64,000 nucleotides of DNA from the NCBI RefSeq assembly GCF_048593235.1, contig NC_133619.1, positions 330,536,454-330,600,453 of the forward strand. Reading direction: 5' to 3'. The first letter of the stretch is position 1, and each line of letters begins with the position of its first letter. The translations under genes and the position numbers were made by a program. This DNA comes from Sminthopsis crassicaudata (Eukaryota). This document shows positions 48,201-59,203 of the stretch, piece after piece. The notes beneath the pieces were generated by a model. It worked only from the letters and a program-made list of their open reading frames with translations. It searched no databases and was not told where the DNA came from.

Positions 48201-49830
48201 GAAGACCTGAGTTAAAATATGGCCTCAAGTATTTGTTAGGTGTGTGACCCTGTGCAACAGGAAAGAAGGAAAGAAAGGAGAAAGGAAGGAAAGAAAGCAA
48301 GCAAGCAAGAAAGCAAGAATGAAAGAAATAAGGAAGGAGGGAAGGAAAGAATGAAAAAAAGAAGAATGAAAGAAGGAGGGTAGGAAAGAAAGAAAAGAAG
48401 GAAGGAAAAAAGGAAAGAATGAAAGAAAGAAAAAAAGATAAGAAAGAAAAAAGGAAGGAAAGATGAGCTTGATGAATGGAAAGAAACATTGGAAGATATG
48501 CATGAAATGATGATTCAGTGATTTCAGTTGTATTTGACTCCTCAAGACCCTATTTGAGATTTTCTTTTTAAAAAAAAAAGATAGACGGCTGGTTTGACAT
48601 TTTCTTCTCTAGTTACTTTACAAAGGTCAAAGGATTAAGCCCAGACTCACTCTGGTAGAAGTGTCTAAGGCCAAATTTCAGTTTCAGTCTTCTTGATTCC
48701 AGGCCTGGCTTTGTGCACTATATCTCCACCTATTTTGCCCCTCCCCTCCCCAAAAGAGTGGCTACAACATAAAGACCTCAACAATGCAAATGAAAAGAAG
48801 GGCCCATACAAAGCCATCAAAAATGGATGTCACAAAATTAGAAAGCTCTAAAATGATTACATAATAGAAAAAAACAAGAAGACACGCCTACTCCATCCCT
48901 TTGATGAACTGGGCGGTCAATAGATATTGCATATTACACATGCATTGAGATTTTTTTAGAGTATTTTTCTTTTTTTTTTTCCCCTTTGAAAATTACTATT
49001 TGTTGAATCACATGATTCTCTGAAAGGATGAGAGGGAAACTGTGAGAAACTGTGAGGATGTTAAAAAAAAAAAAAAGATTTTAATAAAAAAAATGTAGAT
49101 CCTCACATTTATGTAATACTTTACCCTTTTGAAAAATGGCCCTCATAAATATTTGGGAAAGTGAGTGGTTCAATTATTAGAAGCTGCACTTTACAAATGA
49201 GGGACCATCTCAAGTCCAAAAGGATAAGTGACTTACAAAAAGCCACACTGCTGGTCAGTGCCAGCCTGGGACTCACAGCCAGATCTCCGCCCTTTATGAC
49301 CTGTGTTATTTCTCTGCAGTGCCTTGTGCTGTCTGCCAATACCATCTAGCAACCTTTAGGCTAAGGATCCCCTGAGAACCAAACATTTCTCAAGTAGATA
49401 TTGCAGAGTTGTTATCTATTAGCTCCCAATGCTGTTGTAACAAACTGCCTCTAATTTGGCCATGAACGTATTTGGAAGGAAATTAATAAGTTCAAGTGAC
49501 AGAAAAAAATGTAAAGTGACTGACAGCTTGGATGTATAATCAAAGTAAAGGTAAGGATATTTTCTATAAAAAGAAGAAAATTTTAATTAAAACACCTTAA
49601 TGCAAAAAGTAATATTTAGAGGATGAACTTTTTATTTGAAAGATTTTTTTTTTTGGCTTTTGACAATAAATAACAACTTAATATTAACTAATTAATATTA
49701 ACATATTAATAATTAATAAACTTTATAATATAAGTTTAATATAACTTTATTGACAAATTCAACAAGGGTTCTCATGAATGGAAAGTCATTGCAGAGGTTG
49801 TTTTGGTTGCTTGGATTAGAAAATCTCATT

Positions 49831-51447
49831 TTAGGAACGATCATCTTCTTGAGCATTGTCCCTCCTGGGACAGATAAGCAGATATCCAGAGGTGTTTTTC
49901 CCCCTTGGAAAGCAAGGAGAGAAACAAGGGAGAAGGGGACCTTGAAAAGCCGTATTTGGGGGACTGTAGATTAGAGTTCCATCTGCAGCATTGTAAAAAG
50001 CTACGTGCCCTCTTTCATAATCTAGGAAAACGCCCACCTTCTGAACTGGTTTGCAGGAAGGAACAGTTTGCTTTGAATGCCACAAGTGAAAGTCCCTGCC
50101 AAAGGTGAAGGCCGCCAGGGTCAGCCTGTCTCCCAGAACCTTCTGGCCACCATCCCCCTTCCTTCTGATCCGTTCCTCACAGACGCCCACCTCCCACTCC
50201 CTCTGCTCCCCCACCACCACTTCCCAGTAGTGTCTCCCTGAAGTGAACTTTTGCTTGGCCAAGACCCAGAGGGCAGAATCGAATCTCTCTGGGTTGTCGG
50301 GGACATCCTGTGGGACAGCACGGTATTCCACCCTCTGCAGATCTTCAGACAGGGCCAGATGGGGATTGGCTGTTTGAGGGTCCAGACACAGACGCCTGTG
50401 GAAAGTCAGCAGCGTTTCTGCCATTCCGGAGACGGGGCGCATGGTCCATGTCGGGGAAGCCACCACTGGCTTCTGAAGAAGTAGCTCCTCACTCCTTCCC
50501 AATGTGCCTTTTGCCTCCTGGAGCATTTCAAGAGGAAGCTGAACAGAATTCTTCTCTATGTCTGCTATCAGCATGTCCAGCTTGTGGATCTCTTGCTTCA
50601 TTCTGGTCTTGCTCTCCTCAAACTTGGCCAGGTTGTCTGTGACTTCTTGGTCCAGCCTCTGCAGGTGTCGCTTCTTTTCCTCTGACAAGAAGTGGAGCTT
50701 TTGCTCCCACTCAGACTTCACAGCCTGCTTGTGAGCCTCGAGCCCCTGCAGGGGCTGCTTCTTTGGCTTCATTAGCAGTCCAAGGTTCTTTTGGAAGGGG
50801 CTTTTCTTGTTCTCCAAATTGCCTCTTGCTTCCTGGTCTAATGTCTGCAGTTGAATCTCTTCTTCCTCCCCCAAGAACTGCTGCATTTTCTCATATTCAG
50901 ACAAGAGCAAGGCTTTGAGAAGGCGGCCGTCCTTCTCCCACTGCGCCTCTCGGATTTCCTCAAATCCCAATTCCATCTGAAATCTCTTCTTCTGGGTCCT
51001 TAAACTCTTGCCTGTGGCCTCGAGCTTCTCCATGCACTGAGTGACGGCCGCATCCAGGAGCAGAACTCTGTGCTTCTGGTGCTCTGGGCTTAAAAAGCAG
51101 GGTCCGCACAAGGGTCTCTGATCCTCCTCACAGAACAAGGTGTGCTGTAGGCCGTGTTTGTCACAGGTGGGCAGGTCCCCGAGGCTCTGCAGTAGGGGAG
51201 CTCTCTGCATCTTGCCAGTGTTAGCCAGATCCTGCAGCCCCCTGTCGGGGACCGTGTCTTCCAAGGCAGTGGCTGTGCTGCACACCGGGCAGGCTGTTGG
51301 AGGGCAGATGTCCTTCCAGGAGCTGGCAAGACACTCTGTGCAGAAGGTGTGGCCACACTCGAAAGTCACTGGGTCCATGCAATGGCCCAAGCACAGGGGA
51401 CAGGAGGCCCCCACTCTGAGGCTTTCAAAGCAGATTTTGGCATCCAT
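49831..51447 (-). CDS. Intronless TRIM, copy 5, 538 aa
   Basis: Open ORF. A CAA>TAA change removes the last five residues (QNEIF). Confidence 0.9.
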   Translation of the reverse strand: MDAKICFESLRVGASCPLCLGHCMDPVTFECGHTFCTECLASSWKDICPPTACPVCSTATALEDTVPDRGLQDLANTGKMQRAPLLQSLGDLPTCDKHGLQHTLFCEEDQRPLCGPCFLSPEHQKHRVLLLDAAVTQCMEKLEATGKSLRTQKKRFQMELGFEEIREAQWEKDGRLLKALLLSEYEKMQQFLGEEEEIQLQTLDQEARGNLENKKSPFQKNLGLLMKPKKQPLQGLEAHKQAVKSEWEQKLHFLSEEKKRHLQRLDQEVTDNLAKFEESKTRMKQEIHKLDMLIADIEKNSVQLPLEMLQEAKGTLGRSEELLLQKPVVASPTWTMRPVSGMAETLLTFHRRLCLDPQTANPHLALSEDLQRVEYRAVPQDVPDNPERFDSALWVLAKQKFTSGRHYWEVVVGEQREWEVGVCEERIRRKGDGGQKVLGDRLTLAAFTFGRDFHLWHSKQTVPSCKPVQKVGVFLDYERGHVAFYNAADGTLIYSPPNTAFQGPLLPCFSPCFPRGKNTSGYLLICPRRDNAQEDDRS

Positions 51448-54400
51448 GTTCCTAGGTTTTCTAGTCCTTTTTTCCAGAGATAATCCACTAAGGCTAGGGA
51501 ACTAGTTCTTTCCCTGAGCTCTTCTGTTTTCAGAGAGAGTCAACCCAGTATGTGCAACTAGATCTTCCCCTGAGCTCTGGCAGCCAGGAAAATGACAGGA
51601 GTCCATCTATTGGGCTCTTTTATAGGCCTTCCCTCTTAGCCCCTCCCCTCATCTATCATCAAGGTGTCAACCTCTGGCCTGATAAAGACCCCAGTTTCTC
51701 CCTAGTGAGAGTTCTCACCTGGGTGAGTTTTCACTTCTGGATTTCATTGTATTCCTGGGGCTGGGGACTCACCAGGGTGCTCACCCCTAGGCCATGCAGC
51801 CCAGAACTGTTTTCTCCAGTTTGGCACTTTAACCAAAGGAAAACCCCAGGCCATTGCTGACTGTGTCCAAAGGATTTCAGACACCATCAAACACTGTCAG
51901 TGGTGCTGGTGTCAAGCTTCCTGCCAGGCCCCAGGGATGCCCGGCTTTCCTGCTTTGGCTCCAGTGTTCCCTGCCTGGTCCCTGGGCTGACTGGTCATTG
52001 CCCTTTCCCTGTGACCTGTGTGGTCCTGCATTGCCTAGGCATTGATGGGATCCTGTGCCTTGCAACCTGTCCCCTCCCCCGTTCCAGTTTGTCCCTGCTC
52101 AGATTTTCAGTAGGATTGTGACATTGCTAGTCTAGCAAAGGTGTTTATAGTTACTCCTCTTTAGCTTTCTTTAACCTTGTTCCTTCTCTTATATTTTTAG
52201 AGTTTTTATGACATGTTTCTGGAAGGTTTTTAGACAATCCTTTGGGTCCTATTATTTCATCGGCTTAGTTGGAAGTCTGGAGCATAGGCTTTTAATCAGG
52301 GACCTTTCAGCATATCTGGTCTCCTGCACATTATACATATACCACAGTACTTCCGCTTCTCCAGCCCCTCGCTTCTCCCTGAAACTCCCACCCGAAACCC
52401 GAGTTCTGATCAGTGATCTTTCACTGCGTCTACCCTACAATCCCACCAATCATGCTACATTCCCTGGTTAGCTTCACACCGCACTGCTCTGCATGTGCCC
52501 TTTCTCATCACTCCTTCCTAACTCTATCTCTGAAAACAGTAATTAAAGCTCTACTAACAAAATATCCCTTTTTTGCTAACTTACATCTTATATCTTCCCA
52601 GTTAGAATATAAGACCCTTGAGGACAGGACTTACTATCTCCTGGGCTGCTCTGCTTAGCCTATAGTCAACACTAAATAAATGCATTTTCATTATATTATT
52701 GTTCCCTTTTTCATCCTTGAAGTTTTGTTTCTCCAGATAAAATTGGTTTTTATTTTTCCTAGTCCTCTGAAGTAACACCGTGGTCTATTTGGCACAGCAC
52801 TGAAAATGTAAGTTGATTTGGACAGTATCATTTTTATTCTACTAGCATAGTCCAAATATGAGCAGTTATTATATTTTCAATTATTTATGTCTGTTTTTAC
52901 TTCTGTGCAGAGGGTTTTGGCTGGGAGTAGTGCTCCCTACCTGTAACCCCTGATATTGGAAGAAGCTAAAGATGTTTTTGGTCTGCTTTAGTTGGGAGTT
53001 CTGAGATATAGCATAGTTCACCTCAGTGGATGCCTTTACAGAGTCTGAAACTGCTATTGAACCCCAGGGAGGAGAGAGCCCCAGGCTGCTGAACGAGGAT
53101 CAAACTTGTTTAGCTAAGACAGTGAAATGAGGTAAAGCCTCAGATCAATCAATAGGAAGATCAAGTCATGAGTGACTGCTATACTGCTCCTGCAGGACCA
53201 TAGAGAATTCTATCTTTTGTTTAAAAAGCATTTTGTCGTTTTATTCACATGATACCTCTGTGGCACAAATGTTGAACTCCCAGATACTTTATACATTTTA
53301 TAGTGGTTTTCAATCGCATTTCTTTCTCTATCTCTTCCTGTTGAGGTTTGTTAGTAACTCAGAACCTTGTTGGTTTAGTTTATGCCTTGCTAAGATTATC
53401 CCAGGCTTTTCTAAGTACACCATCATGCCATCTGCCAAAAAAAGCAAGTTTGAGGGGAGTTAGGATCTTTTGCAACAGTGTCCAAGTTTTTAGTTTGATT
53501 ATGGTATTCAAGGAAAGCAATGATTCTTCAACATTTTGGTAGCAGATACATTATATTTTCTTTTTGTTTTCAATGTTTTGATTAATATATTCTTATATTT
53601 CTTCTCTCACTGAATTTTGCTTGTAGAACTCTGGTTTTTTTTTTCAGGGAATCCACTACTTGAATAAAGTTTTTATTTTAAATGATACTTCCTTTAATTT
53701 TTTTTGTACTAAATCGAATCTTATTTCTAATTTCATCTTTTGTCTCTTGCTTACTTCTCTAGACACTCTTGTAACTCTTGGGATCAAGTTGTGTTGTTTT
53801 TTGCTTGATTTAAAATCTGTTTTGGTTTTTTTGCCTTCTCATTGAATATGGGAGAGAGGGGAAAAGTTAGTGCTTTTGGAACTGAAGATGATATTGAATT
53901 TTTACAAAGGACTGATCATGATTCCTCAATAGATAAGTGGTCAAAGGATATGACTTTAAAAGTTTCAATGGAATCATTGCAGAGTATTCCTAATCAAATT
54001 ACTAGTCATAAGAGAAAAGAAAGAAAACTTTATCTTTCTTCTCACAAGTAAAATTTGTCTATGAGGACTAAAAAATGGCAATAGTTATTGGAGGAGGGGT
54101 TGTGGGATGATACTAATTTTATTGTTGGTGGAACTGTGAAATCCTACAGCCATTTGGGAAAGCAATTTGGAATTATCCAAGTTAAGTGACTAAATTTTCA
54201 ATATCCTTTGAACCAGAGACTGCATTACAGGGCTTATAAGGGAAGAAAAAATAAAAGTAAAGTTCCCATATAGAATAAAATTATACATTGGTACTTTTTC
54301 TTATATTAAAGGATTGGAATTAAAATTGAAGTTTATAGATTGTGGAACAAACTATGGACTATTAATGTAGGGGGATATAACTATACTTTAAGAAAAACGT

Positions 54401-57400
54401 TTTAAGAAGTAATGATTATAAATTTCTTAGGTGACAGTCAATAGAACACTGGCCCAGGAATAAGAAAACCTGAGTTCAAAAATGGCCTCAAATATTTGCT
54501 TAGGTGCGTGAACCTGGGNNNNNNNNNNNNNNNNNNNNNNNNNNNNNNNNNNNNNNNNNNNNNNNNNNNNNNNNNNNNNNNNNNNNNNNNNNNNNNNNNN
54601 NNNNNNNNNNNNNNNNNNNNNNNNNNNNNNNNNNNNNNNNNNNNNNNNNNNNNNNNNNNNNNNNNNNNNNNNNNNNNNNNNNNNNNNNNNNNNNNNNNNN
54701 NNNNNNNNNNNNNNNNNNNNNNNNNNNNNNNNNNNNNNNNNNNNNNNNNNNNNNNNNNNNNNNNNNNNNNNNNNNNNNNNNNNNNNNNNNNNNNNNNNNN
54801 NNNNNNNNNNNNNNNNNNNNNNNNNNNNNNNNNNNNNNNNNNNNNNNNNNNNNNNNNNNNNNNNNNNNNNAGAAATATGGGAACATATGCATGAAATGAT
54901 GTAAAGTGAAGTTGTTGCAGGTGTTGTTCAGTGATTTCAGTTGTATTTGACTCCTCATGCCCCATTTGAGATTTTCTTAAAAGGAAGATACTGGGGTAGT
55001 TTGTCATTTCCTTCTCCAGTTCATTTTACAAAGGCAAATGGTTTCAGCCCAGACTCACTCAGGTAGTAAGTGTCTAATGCCAAATTTCAATTTAGGTCTT
55101 CTTGATTCCAGGCCTGGCTTTGTGCACTAACCCCCCACCCACCCCCCCGCCAAAAAAAAAAAAAAAAAGTGGTTACATCATGATCTCAAAAATGTAAATG
55201 AAAAGAAGAGCACACATAAACTCAAAAATAAATGTCACAAAATTAGAAAGCTTTAAAACGACTCCAAAATAAAGAAAAAACTACTATTACTCCATCCCTT
55301 TGAAGAAGTGGGAGGTCTATAGATATTGCATATTCTTCATACATTTAGATTTTTTTTTTCAGAATATTTTTCTGGCTTTTTTCTTTGAAAAATACTGTAT
55401 ATTGAATCGCATTTGATTCTCTGAAAGGATGAGAGGAAAACTATGAGAAATTGTTATCATATAAGAAACCAAAAGATTTTTATAAAAAATGGAAATCCTC
55501 ACATTTATGAAATACTTTACCATTCTGAAAAATATCCATCATAAACATTTGGCAAAGTAAGTGGTATAAGTATTAGGAGCTCGATTTTACAGATGAGGTC
55601 TCAGGTCCCAAAGGAGAAGTGACTTAGCATAAGCCACACAGCTAGTCAGTGCCAGACTTGGATTCACACTGAGATCAACTAACTTTGTGACCTGTATTAC
55701 AGGGCTTATAAATGAAGAAAAAATAAAAATAAAGTCCCCATAAAGAACAAAATAAAGAGCCAAAAAAAAAAAAGATTAAACAAGCGGCTGTTTTTCTGAT
55801 AACAGAGAATTATAAACAAAATGGAAGCCCATAGATTTTGGGCTAAACAAATCATGGAGTATTAATGTAGGGGGTATAATTATAGTGTAAGAAAAATATT
55901 TTAAGAAGTAATTATTATAAAGCAGCTAGGTGACAGTCAATAAAATGCTGGCTCAGGAAGACCTGAGTTAAAATATGGCCTCAAGTATTTGTTAGGTGTG
56001 TGACCCTGTGCAACAGGAAAGAAGGAAAGAAAGGAGAAAGGAAGGAAAGAAAGCAAGCAAGCAAGAAAGCAAGAATGAAAGAAATAAGGAAGGAGGGAAG
56101 GAAAGAATGAAAAAAAGAAGAATGAAAGAAGGAGGGTAGGAAAGAAAGAAAAGAAGGAAGGAAAAAAGGAAAGAATGAAAGAAAGAAAAAAAGATAAGAA
56201 AGAAAAAAGGAAGGAAAGATGAGCTTGATGAATGGAAAGAAACATTGGAAGATATGCATGAAATGATGATTCAGTGATTTCAGTTGTATTTGACTCCTCA
56301 AGACCCTATTTGAGATTTTCTTTTTAAAAAAAAAAGATAGACGGCTGGTTTGACATTTTCTTCTCTAGTTACTTTACAAAGGTCAAAGGATTAAGCCCAG
56401 ACTCACTCTGGTAGAAGTGTCTAAGGCCAAATTTCAGTTTCAGTCTTCTTGATTCCAGGCCTGGCTTTGTGCACTATATCTCCACCTATTTTGCCCCTCC
56501 CCTCCCCAAAAGAGTGGCTACAACATAAAGACCTCAACAATGCAAATGAAAAGAAGGGCCCATACAAAGCCATCAAAAATGGATGTCACAAAATTAGAAA
56601 GCTCTAAAATGATTACATAATAGAAAAAAACAAGAAGACACGCCTACTCCATCCCTTTGATGAACTGGGCGGTCAATAGATATTGCATATTACACATGCA
56701 TTGAGATTTTTTTAGAGTATTTTTCTTTTTTTTTTTCCCCTTTGAAAATTACTATTTGTTGAATCACATGATTCTCTGAAAGGATGAGAGGGAAACTGTG
56801 AGAAACTGTGAGGATGTTAAAAAAAAAAAAAAGATTTTAATAAAAAAAATGTAGATCCTCACATTTATGTAATACTTTACCCTTTTGAAAAATGGCCCTC
56901 ATAAATATTTGGGAAAGTGAGTGGTTCAATTATTAGAAGCTGCACTTTACAAATGAGGGACCATCTCAAGTCCAAAAGGATAAGTGACTTACAAAAAGCC
57001 ACACTGCTGGTCAGTGCCAGCCTGGGACTCACAGCCAGATCTCCGCCCTTTATGACCTGTGTTATTTCTCTGCAGTGCCTTGTGCTGTCTGCCAATACCA
57101 TCTAGCAACCTTTAGGCTAAGGATCCCCTGAGAACCAAACATTTCTCAAGTAGATATTGCAGAGTTGTTATCTATTAGCTCCCAATGCTGTTGTAACAAA
57201 CTGCCTCTAATTTGGCCATGAACGTATTTGGAAGGAAATTAATAAGTTCAAGTGACAGAAAAAAATGTAAAGTGACTGACAGCTTGGATGTATAATCAAA
57301 GTAAAGGTAAGGATATTTTCTATAAAAAGAAGAAAATTTTAATTAAAACACCTTAATGCAAAAAGTAATATTTAGAGGATGAACTTTTTATTTGAAAGAT

Positions 57401-57586
57401 TTTTTTTTTTGGCTTTTGACAATAAATAACAACTTAATATTAACTAATTAATATTAACATATTAATAATTAATAAACTTTATAATATAAGTTTAATATAA
57501 CTTTATTGACAAATTCAACAAGGGTTCTCATGAATGGAAAGTCATTGCAGAGGTTGTTTTGGTTGCTTGGATTAGAAAATCTCATT

Positions 57587-59203
57587 TTAGGAACGATCAT
57601 CTTCTTGAGCATTGTCCCTCCTGGGACAGATAAGCAGATATCCAGAGGTGTTTTTCCCCCTTGGAAAGCAAGGAGAGAAACAAGGGAGAAGGGGACCTTG
57701 AAAAGCCTTATTTGGGGGACTGTAGATTAGAGTTCCATCTGCAGCATTGTAAAAAGCTACGTGCCCTCTTTCATAATCTAGGAAAACGCCCACCTTCTGA
57801 ACTGGTTTGCAGGAAGGAACAGTTTGCTTTGAATGCCACAAGTGAAAGTCCCTGCCAAAGGTGAAGGCCGCCAGGGTCAGCCTGTCTCCCAGAACCTTCT
57901 GGCCACCATCCCCCTTCCTTCTGATCCGTTCCTCACAGACGCCCACCTCCCACTCCCTCTGCTCCCCCACCACCACTTCCCAGTAGTGTCTCCCTGAAGT
58001 GAACTTTTGCTTGGCCAAGACCCAGAGGGCAGAATCGAATCTCTCTGGGTTGTCGGGGACATCCTGTGGGACAGCACGGTATTCCACCCTCTGCAGGTCT
58101 TCAGACAGGGCCAGATGGGGATTGGCTGTTTGAGGGTCCAGACACAGACGCCTGTGGAAAGTCAGCAGCGTTTCTGCCATTCCGGAGACGGGGCGCATGG
58201 TCCATGTCGGGGAAGCCACCACTGGCTTCTGAAGAAGTAGCTCCTCACTCCTTCCCAATGTGCCTTTTGCCTCCTGGAGCATTTCAAGAGGAAGCTGAAC
58301 AGAATTCTTCTCTATGTCTGCTATCAGCATGTCCAGCTTGTGGATCTCTTGCTTCATTCTGGTCTTGCTCTCCTCAAACTTGGCCAGGTTGTCTGTGACT
58401 TCTTGGTCCAGCCTCTGCAGGTGTTGCTTCTTTTCCTCTGACAAGAAGTGGAGCTTTTGCTCCCACTCAGACTTCACAGCCTGCTTCTGAGCCTCGAGCC
58501 CCTGCAGGGGCTGCTTCTTTGGCTTCATTAGCAGTCCAAGGTTCTTTCGGAAGGGGCTTTTCTTGTTCTCCAAATTGCCTCTTGCTTCCCGGTCTAATGT
58601 CTGCAGTTGTATCTCTTCTTCCTCCCCCAAGAACTGGTGCATTTTCTCATATTCAGACAAGAGCAAGGCTTTGAGCAGGCGGCCGTCCTTCTCCCACTGC
58701 GCCTCCCGGATTTCCTCAAATCCCAATTCCATCTGAAATCTCTTCTTCTGGGTCCTTAAACTCTTGCCTGTGGCCTCGAGCTTCTCCATGCACTGAGTGA
58801 CGGCCGCATCCAGGAGCAGAACTCTGTGCTTCTGGTGCTCTGGGCTTAAAAAGCAGGGTCCGCACAAGGGTCTCTGATCCTCCTCACAGAACAAGGTGTG
58901 CTGTAGGCCGTGTTTGTCACAGGTGGGCAGGTCCCCGAGGCTCTGCAGTAGGGGAGCTCTCTGCATCTTGCCAGTGTTAGCCAGATCCTGCAGCCCCCTG
59001 TCGGGGACCGTGTCTTCCAAGGCAGTGGCTGTGCTGCACACCGGGCAGGCTGTTGGAGGGCAGATGTCCTTCCAGGAGCTGGCAAGACACTCTGTGCAGA
59101 AGGTGTGGCCACACTCGAAAGTCACTGGGTCCATGCAATGGCCCAAGCACAGGGGACAGGAGGCCCCCACTCTGAGGCTTTCAAAGCAGATTTTGGCATC
59201 CAT
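57587..59203 (-). CDS. Intronless TRIM, copy 6, 538 aa
   Basis: Open ORF with the same early stop as copy 5. Confidence 0.9.
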   Translation of the reverse strand: MDAKICFESLRVGASCPLCLGHCMDPVTFECGHTFCTECLASSWKDICPPTACPVCSTATALEDTVPDRGLQDLANTGKMQRAPLLQSLGDLPTCDKHGLQHTLFCEEDQRPLCGPCFLSPEHQKHRVLLLDAAVTQCMEKLEATGKSLRTQKKRFQMELGFEEIREAQWEKDGRLLKALLLSEYEKMHQFLGEEEEIQLQTLDREARGNLENKKSPFRKNLGLLMKPKKQPLQGLEAQKQAVKSEWEQKLHFLSEEKKQHLQRLDQEVTDNLAKFEESKTRMKQEIHKLDMLIADIEKNSVQLPLEMLQEAKGTLGRSEELLLQKPVVASPTWTMRPVSGMAETLLTFHRRLCLDPQTANPHLALSEDLQRVEYRAVPQDVPDNPERFDSALWVLAKQKFTSGRHYWEVVVGEQREWEVGVCEERIRRKGDGGQKVLGDRLTLAAFTFGRDFHLWHSKQTVPSCKPVQKVGVFLDYERGHVAFYNAADGTLIYSPPNKAFQGPLLPCFSPCFPRGKNTSGYLLICPRRDNAQEDDRS

